From an uncultured bacterium (GTDB lineage Bacteria > Zhuqueibacterota > QNDG01 > DTFT01): a DNA stretch of 64,000 bases. The stretch covers positions 32,001 through 96,000 of the forward strand of contig CAVTNR010000028.1 in the NCBI GenBank assembly GCA_963736115.1, written 5' to 3'. The notes under the pieces are model-generated. The model was not told the DNA's origin, searched no databases, and worked only from the letters and a program-made list of their open reading frames with translations. The position numbers and the translations under genes are program-made. This document shows, piece after piece, positions 21,880 through 31,352 of the stretch. The stretch's first letter is position 1. Each line of letters starts with the position of its first letter.

Positions 21880-21908
21880 AGTATACGGAAAATGCGTTTG
21901 CGTTTCAA
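21880..21908 (-). promoter_or_regulatory. sigma70-type promoter for rlmH-dinB
   Basis: TTGAAA-17 nt-TATACT. Confidence 0.6.
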
Positions 21909-21926
21909 GCGAAAATGTGATAAAAT
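21898..21926 (+). promoter_or_regulatory. sigma70-type promoter for the pheA leader
   Basis: TTGCGT-17 nt-TAAAAT with extended -10 TG. Confidence 0.6.
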
Positions 21927-21929
21927 GAG

Positions 21930-22087
21930 GAACCCCGCCGCAAAAAGCGGGGCATCACGGGAAACCTGGATGATGGACGCTGCAAGCGGCGGAGAATATA
22001 ACCAGTCGGAGCGGCCAGAAGCCCGATCTCCAATCATCCAGAAAAACTGAGTCCAGAATGACCAGGCTTCTGGCCGCCCGATTGACA
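21930..22087 (+). ncRNA. Candidate structured RNA or leader with interleaved long helices
   Basis: 21966-77 pairs with 22029-41 and 22003-23 pairs with 22065-84; 5' hairpin CCCCGC/GCGGGG. Confidence 0.45.
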
Positions 22088-22108
22088 GACTTATTGCAGG
22101 AGAATTCC

Positions 22109-22936
22109 ATGCCGAAAGTCGCATTTCAGGGGGAAAAAGGCGCGTTCAGTGAAGACGCCGCAATCCGCTTCTGGCGTTCCGGAGTGTCTCCCGTCCCCCA
22201 CCGGACCTTTCGGGACGTTTTCGACTCCGTCTGGAAGGGACGATGCGAAGCGGGGATCATTCCGATCGAAAACGCGCAGACCGGGAGCATCCATCAGAAC
22301 GTGGATCTGCTCCTCGAATACAGACTGTCCGTGACGGGCGAGATCATTTTGCGCATCCGGCATTGTCTCCTGGCCCTGCCCGGCGTCCGGATGAAGGACG
22401 TCCGCCGCATCCTCTCCCATCCGCAGGCGCTCGAACAGTGTTCCGGTTTCCTGCGTTCAAAAAAAGGCATCGCCTCCGTTCCGACCCACGATACGGCCGG
22501 ATCCGCGAAGATGATCAGCGAGGAACGCCAGAAGGACAGCGCGGCCATCGCCAGCGCGCGGGCAGGTCAGGACTATGGCCTCGCCGTGCTGAAACGCGGC
22601 ATTGAGAATCACGAGCAGAATTATACACGCTTTCTGGTCATTTCGAAAAAGGCCGGCTCTCCGACGCGCGGGGCCAAAACATCGGTTGTATTCAGCCTCA
22701 AGGACATCCCCGGGGGGCTTTACAAAGCGCTCAGCGTTTTCGCGCTCAGAGACATCAACTTGCTGAAAATCGAATCCCGCCCCATGCGAAAAGGCCCTTG
22801 GAAATACTGGTTTTATCTGGACTTCGAAGGCGCCATGCTCGATTCGCACTGCTCCAGGGCCATCGATCATCTCGGCGAAATCACGACATACCTGAAAGTA
22901 CTGGGATCCTACCCGCTCGGACGTGTCATCGAATAA
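22109..22936 (+). CDS. pheA: Prephenate dehydratase
   Basis: VAFQGEKGAFSE, PIEN, SHPQAL, NYTRF, LLKIESRP, ACT domain; AGGAG RBS. Confidence 0.95.
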   Translation: MPKVAFQGEKGAFSEDAAIRFWRSGVSPVPHRTFRDVFDSVWKGRCEAGIIPIENAQTGSIHQNVDLLLEYRLSVTGEIILRIRHCLLALPGVRMKDVRRILSHPQALEQCSGFLRSKKGIASVPTHDTAGSAKMISEERQKDSAAIASARAGQDYGLAVLKRGIENHEQNYTRFLVISKKAGSPTRGAKTSVVFSLKDIPGGLYKALSVFALRDINLLKIESRPMRKGPWKYWFYLDFEGAMLDSHCSRAIDHLGEITTYLKVLGSYPLGRVIE

Positions 22937-22948
22937 TGTTCAAAACAG

Positions 22949-22980
22949 AGAGGGGAACCGGACCGCCGGTTCCCCTCTTT
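22949..22980. terminator. Intrinsic terminator between convergent pheA and merR-like genes
   Basis: AGAGGGGAACCGG-ACCG-CCGGTTCCCCTCT perfect 13-bp stem. Confidence 0.75.
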
Positions 22981-23009
22981 CCTGATCTATTTCCGCTGGA
23001 CCATTCCGT

Positions 23010-23381
23010 TTATCCGATCATTTCCCGCAACTCCTCCAGCCCTTTCCGTATTTCAATCAACCTGTCCACGAGGCTGCGGCTGACCGCCGTCCGGCCCGGA
23101 GAAGAAACTTCTTCGATCCGGCCTTCCTCTCCGTCCGGTTCCCGGGTCTCCAGTCTTCTGGCGATGTCCAGATCGTCCAGACCGGCCGACACCCAGTCGC
23201 GGATCTGCTCGACGGTATGGATGTCGGAAGGACGGTAGAGACGCTTGCCGGATTTGGACTTGGCCGGACGCAATTGGGGGAATTTCCGTTCCCAGGCCTT
23301 CAACGTATGGCTGGAAATCCCGGTCGCGTCGCAGATTTCCTTCATCGTGAAATAAAGGCGGCGTATTTCCGGAACGGTCAT
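23010..23381 (-). CDS. MerR-family HTH regulator
   Basis: LYFTMKEI..HTLKAWERKFPQLRPAKSKSGKRLYR. Confidence 0.85.
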   Translation of the reverse strand: MTVPEIRRLYFTMKEICDATGISSHTLKAWERKFPQLRPAKSKSGKRLYRPSDIHTVEQIRDWVSAGLDDLDIARRLETREPDGEEGRIEEVSSPGRTAVSRSLVDRLIEIRKGLEELREMIG

Positions 23382-23415
23382 AGTGGAATCCGCAGGAAGT
23401 GATCGGACCGGCCGC

Positions 23416-24309
23416 TCAGTCGGACGAAGGCTTGACCAGCGCCGTGCCGTGAGAACAGAAATTGATCACGCGAAGCTTGACATCCTCGAGAAAACCCAGC
23501 GGAGAACCGGTTAATTTGGACCTGAGGCTCAGCCTCCCATCGAAAAGATAATACGCCTTTCTCTCAAAAACAAGCGTTTTATCCCCCGGTTTCCGGAGCC
23601 AGAATCCGGCGGCCTTGTCGTATCCGGCCCGACGCATGGCGTCGAGAACACCGTCGTTGTACCGTCCGAAAGGGAAAGAAAGAAAACGGACCGGCTGGTT
23701 CAAACCGTCCTCCAGGGTCCGCCTGGAATCCCTGAGTTCTGCGTCCATGCGTGAGGCGGAAACCCGGGTCAAGTCCGGGTGCCGCGCGGTATGCGAACCG
23801 ATTTCCCAGCCCGCGTCCCGGAGCTCACACAGGCGGGGCCAGTCCAGGTGCGTGAACCGGATCCATCCGAGATTCACATCCCAGGTGTTTTCGAGACCGA
23901 CGTAATCCGTGATCACGAATACCGTCGCCCGGAAGCCGGCCGCGGCGAGAATGGGTAAAGCGTTCCGGTGAACGCTCTCATAAGAATCGTCGAATGTCAG
24001 AACGACCGGCTTCTCGGGAAGGCGCGCGGGATCCGCGCAATCCGCGAGGGAGACGGAAGCATACCCCCGGTCCCGCAATTCTGACACGACCCGGCTGAAC
24101 CGCGACCGGCCGATCCGCGTCACACCCCATTCAAACCGGTCGTCCACTTTGTGGAAGGCGAGAACCGGAACGGGACGGATGGACGGAGGCGTCGCTCCGG
24201 ACTTCAGCCGATCTTCCTCGGTCTCACCAGGACCGTGTAGGGTTCCATGCCGTCCAGCACGGACTCTGCCGCAGCGCGGATGTCCCGCATCGAAACCGAC
24301 CGGAAACAC
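23416..24309 (-). CDS. Polysaccharide deacetylase family (true start probably near 24200)
   Basis: VLAFHKV, LTFDD, EIGSHTARH, FSFPFG-like motifs. Confidence 0.85.
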   Translation of the reverse strand: MFPVGFDAGHPRCGRVRAGRHGTLHGPGETEEDRLKSGATPPSIRPVPVLAFHKVDDRFEWGVTRIGRSRFSRVVSELRDRGYASVSLADCADPARLPEKPVVLTFDDSYESVHRNALPILAAAGFRATVFVITDYVGLENTWDVNLGWIRFTHLDWPRLCELRDAGWEIGSHTARHPDLTRVSASRMDAELRDSRRTLEDGLNQPVRFLSFPFGRYNDGVLDAMRRAGYDKAAGFWLRKPGDKTLVFERKAYYLFDGRLSLRSKLTGSPLGFLEDVKLRVINFCSHGTALVKPSSD

Positions 24310-25442
24310 CGCATGACCCGCTCGATGGGGGTATAGGATTTTGTGTAGGCTTCCATTTTCGCCAGCCGGCTCATCCGGTGGCCGCAGTCCTCGTACGTCA
24401 GATGCAGATTCCCGATAATCTGAGATTTTACCCGTTCGAGAGCGGCCGCGGGCATCCCTTCCCGGACCAGAAGCCGTGTCTCGGTCCGGATGGCCTCAAG
24501 CGCGCGTTCCAAGGTTTCCGGCGAAGTGCTCGCGTAAACGCCCCAGAGTCCTGAGTCGGACCAGAAATCCAGAAATGAATAAACGGAGTAGGAAAGTCCC
24601 TGCTCCTCCCGCAGTTTCTGAAAAAGGCGCGAGCTCATGCCGCCCCCGAAATACGTGTCCAGTATCAGCAGCGGAAATTTGCGGGCGTCGGTGTAGGACA
24701 CGCCGGGTGCGCCGGTGCAGACATGCCCCTGGGAAATCGGAGCGCGCACCGTGCGGGTCCGGACCGAACCGATGCCGGGGGGAAGCCCCTTCGCCGGCCG
24801 TCCGGCGCCGAGATCCCGGAAACGACTGTCGATCAGACTGCAGAGACGGCGATGGTCCACGTTGCCGGCCGCCGACACAATGCAATTGGGGAAAGTGTAC
24901 CGGGATTTCCGGTACGTCAGCATATCCTCGCGACGGATGCCGCGGAGGGTGGTCGGCGAACCCAGGATGGGCGCGCCGAGCGGATGCCGAGGGAAAACCG
25001 TTTCGACAAACCGCTCGTGAATCAGGTCCTCAGGCGTATCCTGCACATTGCGGATTTCTTCGAGAATGATGCCCTTTTCGCTCCGCAGATCCGAGGGTCG
25101 GAGAACAGGATGCTGAACGATGTCCGCGAGAACGTCCACGGCCTGTTCGAGATGCTCATCCAGGACGAGGGCGCAGAAGCAGGTAAATTCCTTCTCGGTG
25201 AAGGCGTTCAGGTGACCGCCCAGGGATTCCAGGCTCACGGCGATTTCATAGGAACTCCTCTGCCCGGTACCCTTGAACGCCATGTGCTCGAGCAGATGGC
25301 TGAGGCCGCCGGTCCGGGCGGCCTCGTGGCGCGAGCCTGAGGTGATCCAGACGCCGATGGAGACGGAACGGATCCAGGGCATGGACTCCGTGACGACGCG
25401 GAGTCCGCTGTCCAGCCGGGTCTTCCGGTACCGGACGCTCAT
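24204..25442 (-). CDS. M16 family zinc peptidase
   Basis: HLLEH inverted zinc motif, GGGMSSRLFQ; usual position downstream of pnp. Confidence 0.93.
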   Translation of the reverse strand: MSVRYRKTRLDSGLRVVTESMPWIRSVSIGVWITSGSRHEAARTGGLSHLLEHMAFKGTGQRSSYEIAVSLESLGGHLNAFTEKEFTCFCALVLDEHLEQAVDVLADIVQHPVLRPSDLRSEKGIILEEIRNVQDTPEDLIHERFVETVFPRHPLGAPILGSPTTLRGIRREDMLTYRKSRYTFPNCIVSAAGNVDHRRLCSLIDSRFRDLGAGRPAKGLPPGIGSVRTRTVRAPISQGHVCTGAPGVSYTDARKFPLLILDTYFGGGMSSRLFQKLREEQGLSYSVYSFLDFWSDSGLWGVYASTSPETLERALEAIRTETRLLVREGMPAAALERVKSQIIGNLHLTYEDCGHRMSRLAKMEAYTKSYTPIERVMRCFRSVSMRDIRAAAESVLDGMEPYTVLVRPRKIG

Positions 25443-27598
25443 CGGCGCCGGGGCGGCCTGTCGTTTCCACCGTCGCGGGGCGGCCGGTCGTTTCCGCCTT
25501 CCCGAGGCGGCTCACCCGCGGGCTTCTCGAGGAGGACTTTGCGGCTCAGCTCGTATTTGCCTTCCGGGCTGACGCTGAGAAGCTTCACCTCCACCTCATC
25601 GCCGACCTTCATGTATTCCTCAACCCGGGCAACGCGGTGGTGGGCGATCTCCGAGATGTGCAGCAGTCCTTCCTTGCCGGGGAGAATTTCCACGAACGCC
25701 CCGAAATTGGTCGTCTTGGTGACCCGGCCCTTGTAGATTGTGCCGGGTTCCGGTCTTTTCGTGAGTCCTTCGATGATTTCGCGCGCCATCCGGCATGCGG
25801 CGTCATCCGCCGATGCGATCTGAATCGTGCCGTCGTCCTCAATGTTGATCTCCGCGCCGGAACGTTCGCAGATCTCGCGTATCATCTTGCCGCCGGGGCC
25901 GATGACCGCGCCGATCTGGTCTACGTCGATCTTGATCCAGATGATGCGGGGCGCGTACGGCGAGAGTTCGGGCTTCGGCGCGGCGATCGTCCTGTCCATG
26001 ATGTCCAGAATGTGGGTACGGCCGGCCTTCGCCTTCTCCAGTGCCTCGCGCATCAACGCGGAGGAAATCCCCTTGATCTTGATGTCCATCTGGAATGCGG
26101 TGACGCCCTTGCGGGTGCCGGTCACCTTGAAGTCCATGTCGCCGACGTGATCCTCGTCGCCCAGGATGTCGGTGAGCACCGCCACCTGGTCGCCTTCCTT
26201 GACGAGTCCCATGGCGATGCCTGCCACGCTCGACTTCACGGGAACGCCCGCGTCCATCAGCGCCAGCGAGCCCGCGCAGACCGTGGCCATCGAGGAGGAC
26301 CCGTTGGATTCCAGAATGTCGGAAACGATCCGGAGCGTGTACGGAAAAGCCGATTCCGTGGGGATGACGGCCTTCAGCGCGCGTTCGGCCAGGTTACCGT
26401 GTCCGATTTCCCTGCGGCTCGGACCGCGAAAGGGTTTCACCTCTCCGACGCTGAAGGGCGGAAAATTATAATGGAGCATATAGGTCTTCCAGGACTCCCC
26501 CTCCAGCCCTTCGATTCTCTGCTCGTCCGTTTTCGTCCCCAGCGTGGCCACGGTCATGCTCTGGGTTTCGCCGCGGGTGAAGAGCGCCGATCCGTGCGTG
26601 CGCGGAAGGACCGCGATCTCGCAGGCGATGGGACGGATTTCGTCGACGCCCCGTCCGTCGATGCGCTTTTTCTCGGAGAGAATTTTTTTCCGGATGATTT
26701 CCCGCTCGCACTCGTCGAAAATTTCCCCGACGATTGCTTCCGATTCCGGGAAGGCTTCAGCCGTGGACGTCCTGATTTCGTCGAGAATCGCATGGACGGC
26801 GCGGCGCCGTTCGAGTTTCGAGACAGTCTGCAGGGCCGCGGGTAATTTTGCCATCGCCGTCCGGCGGACGGCTTCAACGAGCCCCTCCGGAATCGCGCGC
26901 TCCGGCACCGGGCGTTTGGTCCTCCCCGCCTCGGCGACGAGTTCCTTCTGAAGCCGGACGATTTTCCGGCAGGCCTCATGGGCGAACTCGAGGGCCGCCA
27001 CCATGTCGTCTTCGGAAATTTCGGCCGCCTCGCCCTCGACCATCGCGATGGCGTCCTCGGACGCCGCGACCACCACATTCATGTCGCTTTCGGTCAGCTG
27101 GGCGAAAGTGGGATTGAGGATGAGTTCCCGGTTCACGCGGCCGACCCGGACGGCGCCGATGGGTCCGTCAAAGGGGATGTCCGAGATGCACACGGCCGCC
27201 GATGCGCCGATGATTCCGAGCACGTCCGGGTCGTGCTCGCGGTCGGACGACAGAACCGACACGAACACCTGCACTTCGTACGGGAAAAATTTCGGGAACA
27301 GGGGCCGGATGGGCCGGTCGACCAGACGGGAACTGAGCGTCTCCTTTTCGGTGGGTCTGCCCTCCCGCTTGAAAAATCCGCCCGGTATTTTGCCCACGGC
27401 GAAGGCTTTTTCGCGGTATTCGACGGAAAGGGGGAAGAATCCCGCGTTTTCCTTCGGGGTCTGGGATCCCACGACCGTCGCCAGTACGACGGTGTCGCCG
27501 TAACGGACAACAACCGCGCCGTCTGCCTGCTTGGCCAGCCTGCCGGTTTCCAGCCCGAGCGTCTGCCCGGCCAGATCCAAGGTTTTATTCAATGTCAT
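25439..27598 (-). CDS. pnp: Polyribonucleotide nucleotidyltransferase
   Basis: Two RNase PH domains, ESNGSSSMA, KH and S1 domains. Confidence 0.98.
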   Translation of the reverse strand: MTLNKTLDLAGQTLGLETGRLAKQADGAVVVRYGDTVVLATVVGSQTPKENAGFFPLSVEYREKAFAVGKIPGGFFKREGRPTEKETLSSRLVDRPIRPLFPKFFPYEVQVFVSVLSSDREHDPDVLGIIGASAAVCISDIPFDGPIGAVRVGRVNRELILNPTFAQLTESDMNVVVAASEDAIAMVEGEAAEISEDDMVAALEFAHEACRKIVRLQKELVAEAGRTKRPVPERAIPEGLVEAVRRTAMAKLPAALQTVSKLERRRAVHAILDEIRTSTAEAFPESEAIVGEIFDECEREIIRKKILSEKKRIDGRGVDEIRPIACEIAVLPRTHGSALFTRGETQSMTVATLGTKTDEQRIEGLEGESWKTYMLHYNFPPFSVGEVKPFRGPSRREIGHGNLAERALKAVIPTESAFPYTLRIVSDILESNGSSSMATVCAGSLALMDAGVPVKSSVAGIAMGLVKEGDQVAVLTDILGDEDHVGDMDFKVTGTRKGVTAFQMDIKIKGISSALMREALEKAKAGRTHILDIMDRTIAAPKPELSPYAPRIIWIKIDVDQIGAVIGPGGKMIREICERSGAEINIEDDGTIQIASADDAACRMAREIIEGLTKRPEPGTIYKGRVTKTTNFGAFVEILPGKEGLLHISEIAHHRVARVEEYMKVGDEVEVKLLSVSPEGKYELSRKVLLEKPAGEPPREGGNDRPPRDGGNDRPPRRR

Positions 27599-27625
27599 GA
27601 TGTCTCCTGTATCCCTGACGATAGG

Positions 27626-29059
27626 TCAGGGCTTTTTATTGGATTTTCCCCCCGCGCCGGAGAGCCCGGATGGTTCCGGGTTTTCCGCGGAGTCTTTCTC
27701 TGCGGTCCATGCGTTGCGCGAAGGCGTGAGATGCTTGAAAATGTCGTTCCGGGCCGTTGCGACCCAGCGAGTCGAACGGTTGATGAGAAACAGGGTGCGG
27801 ATATCCCGGGCCTTTCCGAATCCGATCCGGGCCACCGATTCGCCTCCCTCCCCTTCCAGGATGACCTCGCGGCCGGCCGGTTCAAGCCCGTAGCGGGACA
27901 GTCCGTCCGGGTTCCGGGTGATCGTGGTCTCCGCCTTGAGAGAAGCCAGTGCGGTCAGCAGATCCTCGACCCGTTTTCCGTCCGCCCGTTCCGGCGCCGG
28001 CGGATCGAAAATCCATGTGCCTGAAGAATCCTTCCGGAAGGCCACCGATCCGGAGGACGGCGAGCGGATCTCGACGCGCTTCACTTTCCATTCCTCGAAG
28101 GGCGCGACCTTCGTCTCGCGGAAATCATCCGCCCGTTTCAGAAGGGCGTTGACGAGTCCGGTGTCCACCAGCAGAACGGACGGCCTGGTCGAATCCGCGG
28201 CATAGACCTGCCCGGCCCGGCGGGTTCCGAACAGGAGCGTTTTCCGTACGGAATCAGGACCTGCGGTCACGGTGAGCCGGATTCCGGGCGGGTCGAGTCC
28301 GACCCTGGACCGGGACACCGGAGAATTGTCGACAAAGGACTTGACCTCGGCCCATCGGATGCGGTTGAGCAGTTCGTCGACGGGAGCCGTCGCGGCCGCG
28401 GCTTCGATCGGTTTCCGGATTTCCCAGCCGCCGTTCTGCTTTTCGATGACCAGGAGTCCGGCCGGACGCCGGATCTCCACGCGCAGTACCTCGTCTTTTT
28501 CGAATGACAGCACGGAACGGTCACGGAGTTCGAAAAGCGGACGGACAAGCGACGATCTCAGGGACGCATCCGTCAAAACGGCCCGGTCCTGCCCCGGACG
28601 CCGGACATAGATGAAGGCGCCTGTGGGATTGGCATCTCCGATCAGGAGGGTATCGGTTTTACCTTCATCCGGAACGACAAACACGGTCAACTCGGGATAC
28701 TCCAGCCCGTAGGCGGCCCAGTCCTCGATGCCTTCCATCACGCGTTCCGTTTTCGCCCGGCGGATCGCCGAAATGAGGTTCCCCACGACAGTGCAGTCGG
28801 CGGGCGAATCCACCGGCGAAAGAATGCGCCAGGATCCCCCTTGCCGCTCCACAATCAGCGTCTCGGATCCGGAGGCGGACGCCTCCGCCGGGCGTCGGAT
28901 GGTGAGCCGCCGGATCCCGTCCGCGCCCGTGGAAATGAGACGGCCGGAACGCTCCGCCTGTTCGGAACGCCGGACGCCGCCCCGGATTTCCAGAAAATAA
29001 ACCGCTGCCGCGGCAGCGACGCACACAATCAAGAGGATCAGCGTGGAACGCGCCTTCAT
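27626..29059 (-). CDS. DUF4340-repeat protein
   Basis: N-terminal TM; three repeats of W..P..A..V..LL..L and YGL..P. Confidence 0.8.
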   Translation of the reverse strand: MKARSTLILLIVCVAAAAAVYFLEIRGGVRRSEQAERSGRLISTGADGIRRLTIRRPAEASASGSETLIVERQGGSWRILSPVDSPADCTVVGNLISAIRRAKTERVMEGIEDWAAYGLEYPELTVFVVPDEGKTDTLLIGDANPTGAFIYVRRPGQDRAVLTDASLRSSLVRPLFELRDRSVLSFEKDEVLRVEIRRPAGLLVIEKQNGGWEIRKPIEAAAATAPVDELLNRIRWAEVKSFVDNSPVSRSRVGLDPPGIRLTVTAGPDSVRKTLLFGTRRAGQVYAADSTRPSVLLVDTGLVNALLKRADDFRETKVAPFEEWKVKRVEIRSPSSGSVAFRKDSSGTWIFDPPAPERADGKRVEDLLTALASLKAETTITRNPDGLSRYGLEPAGREVILEGEGGESVARIGFGKARDIRTLFLINRSTRWVATARNDIFKHLTPSRNAWTAEKDSAENPEPSGLSGAGGKSNKKP

Positions 29060-30570
29060 CTGGACCGTCTCTCCCTGCGGATGTACATCCAGATACCCGC
29101 CAGTGCGGCCGCCAGCGGCATGGCCACTACGGTGAGCAGAAAAACGGCCCGGCCCTGCTTGGCGTTCAGGAATACTCGCCTGTCCTCCGGCTGCCGGGCC
29201 CGGATGGAGATCAGGTCCTTCTCCTCCGCGAGCCAGCTGACCGTATTGAGAAATAAATCGCCGTTGCCCTGGACCCGAAAGTACGAATTATTCGCGAAGT
29301 CGGCGTCTCCGAACACCGCCAGACGCGACTGGATGCCGCCTGATTTTTTTGTCGAGACCGCGGCAATGGTGACCGGTCCCGCCAGATCCCGGCCCTTGTC
29401 GAAACGGACGTCCGGAGTCCCGAGCGTGGTTTCTCCCCAGCTGTTGGCCGATGTCCGGAGCAGAGGCTCGACTGTCCATTCCGGCCCGGGTTCCGTTTTC
29501 GGCGTCACGGAACGGCAGTACGGAAAGAAGGTCATCACCCGGAATTGATCCGTGACCGGATGCGGCGGATAGTCGGTGACCAACGGCACCTCCGGTCCCA
29601 TGCCGAACAGCTGTCCCATGCCGCTGGCGTCGATGACGACGTCGCTGCCGATGGTCATGCCCCATGCGCCGGCGAACGCTTCGAATCCGGCGACTTCCGC
29701 GTCGATCATGAACAGCGCCTTGCCGCCGCGCTCCAGAAAGGCCTGGAGCGTATCCAGTTCGGACTGAAAATATGCCTTCTGAGGGCCGCACGCGACCAGA
29801 ACGGTGCAGTCGGAGGGAATCCGCTTCTCGGTCGCAAGGTTGAGTTTCCGCACCCGGTAGTGCTCGTCCTCGATCGCTTTCCGGGCGGAGGCATAACCCG
29901 TTTTTTCCGAGGAATCAATGTCGTTCTCTCCGTGTCCGTCCAGGAAGAGCACGGTCTTCCTTTCCTCCCGGGTGACACGGATGAGCGCGTTGGTGAGGGC
30001 CTGTTCGCCTTTTTCAGTGATCTTCTGGGACTGGCCGCCGCATTCCAGCACCAGCGTGCCGTCGGTCGTGACACCGTACAGTTTCGCCGTCGAGGGTTTC
30101 CTGTCCGGATCCACGAACTCGAATTTCAGGCGGGACGCGTAGAAACGGTAGGATTTGAGAATGTCTTCGACGGGCTTCTGGTCCTGGGCCTTGACAAAGG
30201 CGATGATCCGGACGTCCCGCTTCAGGTTCTTGAGAACGTTCCGGGTCTGGGGCGAGAGGCTGAACTGCCCGCCTTTCGAGAGATCGACTCTCAGGCTGTG
30301 GCGGTTGACCGTGAAATTCACCAGCCCGAGCAGGACGAGGACCATCAGCGAGACCGCGACGGCGTTGCCGCCGTACCGGAATGAACGGAGCGAGGAAAGC
30401 CGCCGGATGTCATCGAACCGCATCACCCCGTACAAAACGACGAGCGCAAGGCCGGCTCCCGATAGAATCCATGAAAGGGCGGTCCACACCTTCCCGGTCT
30501 GGAAATGGACCAGGGCCGCGGCAATCAGGATGCCGCCCAGGAACCCGGCGATTCCAGGCAGTCTCTTCAT
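29056..30570 (-). CDS. GldG-like ABC auxiliary component
   Basis: DLSKGGQFSLSPQT, FVDPD, FLDGHGE, VFGDADF, NGDLFLNTVSWL. Confidence 0.85.
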   Translation of the reverse strand: MKRLPGIAGFLGGILIAAALVHFQTGKVWTALSWILSGAGLALVVLYGVMRFDDIRRLSSLRSFRYGGNAVAVSLMVLVLLGLVNFTVNRHSLRVDLSKGGQFSLSPQTRNVLKNLKRDVRIIAFVKAQDQKPVEDILKSYRFYASRLKFEFVDPDRKPSTAKLYGVTTDGTLVLECGGQSQKITEKGEQALTNALIRVTREERKTVLFLDGHGENDIDSSEKTGYASARKAIEDEHYRVRKLNLATEKRIPSDCTVLVACGPQKAYFQSELDTLQAFLERGGKALFMIDAEVAGFEAFAGAWGMTIGSDVVIDASGMGQLFGMGPEVPLVTDYPPHPVTDQFRVMTFFPYCRSVTPKTEPGPEWTVEPLLRTSANSWGETTLGTPDVRFDKGRDLAGPVTIAAVSTKKSGGIQSRLAVFGDADFANNSYFRVQGNGDLFLNTVSWLAEEKDLISIRARQPEDRRVFLNAKQGRAVFLLTVVAMPLAAALAGIWMYIRRERRSR

Positions 30571-31352
30571 CGGGTCCTCCACCGTTTCGATTCCAGCGAA
30601 AGATGCGTCAGGAACAGAAAGAATCCGATGAAGCTGAGGTACAGAACGATATCCTTCAGGTCGATCACGCCTTTCGCGAATTCGTCGAAATGGGAAAGCA
30701 GGGACACGTAAGCCAGAATCGAGCCGACTCCGGGACCGGCGAATTCATCAGCCCATCCGACCACCCAGAACAGCAGCAGCAGGATGATCGTGAGAAACCC
30801 GGCCACGATCTGGTTTTCCGTCAGGGTGGAGAGAAAGATGCCGACCGCGACAAACGCCCCGCCCAGCAGCAGGAGTCCGATATAGCTCGTGAGTATCTGC
30901 CCGGGTTCGGGTTTTCCGCTGAAAAACAGAACGGCCACGTAGACAAGCGTCCCCGCGATGAGAGACGCGACCAGCACGAAAGCCGCCAGGGCTTTGCCCA
31001 GCACCGTCTCCCAGTTGCGGAGCGGCGAAGTCATCAGAAGCTCGATCGTCCCGTTCCGGAACTCCTCGGCGTATAGACGCATCGTGATGAGCGGCACCGT
31101 GAAGATCAGGACGACGGCCAGGTTGTGAAAGAAGGGCCTCAGCGCCATGAGATTGACGTTGATCGGCGGAGGCGCCATCCGGTAGTACTGCGCCTGCATT
31201 TCGGAACGCAGGGCCGTGTTCAGAAAACTCGTCAGGATCGCGTAGAAAAAGAATCCCGCGATCAGGAGGAAACCCGCCATCACGGCGTAGGCCAGCGGCG
31301 AGCTGAAATAGGAGCGGAGTTCGCGCCGGAAAACGATCCACGTGTTCCTCAT
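30567..31352 (-). CDS. ABC-2 permease (GldF-like)
   Basis: RRELRSYFSSPLAY, TMRLYAEE..GTIELL. Confidence 0.88.
   Translation of the reverse strand: MRNTWIVFRRELRSYFSSPLAYAVMAGFLLIAGFFFYAILTSFLNTALRSEMQAQYYRMAPPPINVNLMALRPFFHNLAVVLIFTVPLITMRLYAEEFRNGTIELLMTSPLRNWETVLGKALAAFVLVASLIAGTLVYVAVLFFSGKPEPGQILTSYIGLLLLGGAFVAVGIFLSTLTENQIVAGFLTIILLLLFWVVGWADEFAGPGVGSILAYVSLLSHFDEFAKGVIDLKDIVLYLSFIGFFLFLTHLSLESKRWRTR

Noticed and set aside
21925-22050. 41-aa uORF as a pheA attenuator leader peptide
   Set aside because: Contains no Phe codons, and its ATG overlaps the predicted -10 element.
25445-25505. Imperfect 27-bp tandem repeat
   Set aside because: Encodes the disordered GGNDRPPR tail of PNPase, a common feature.
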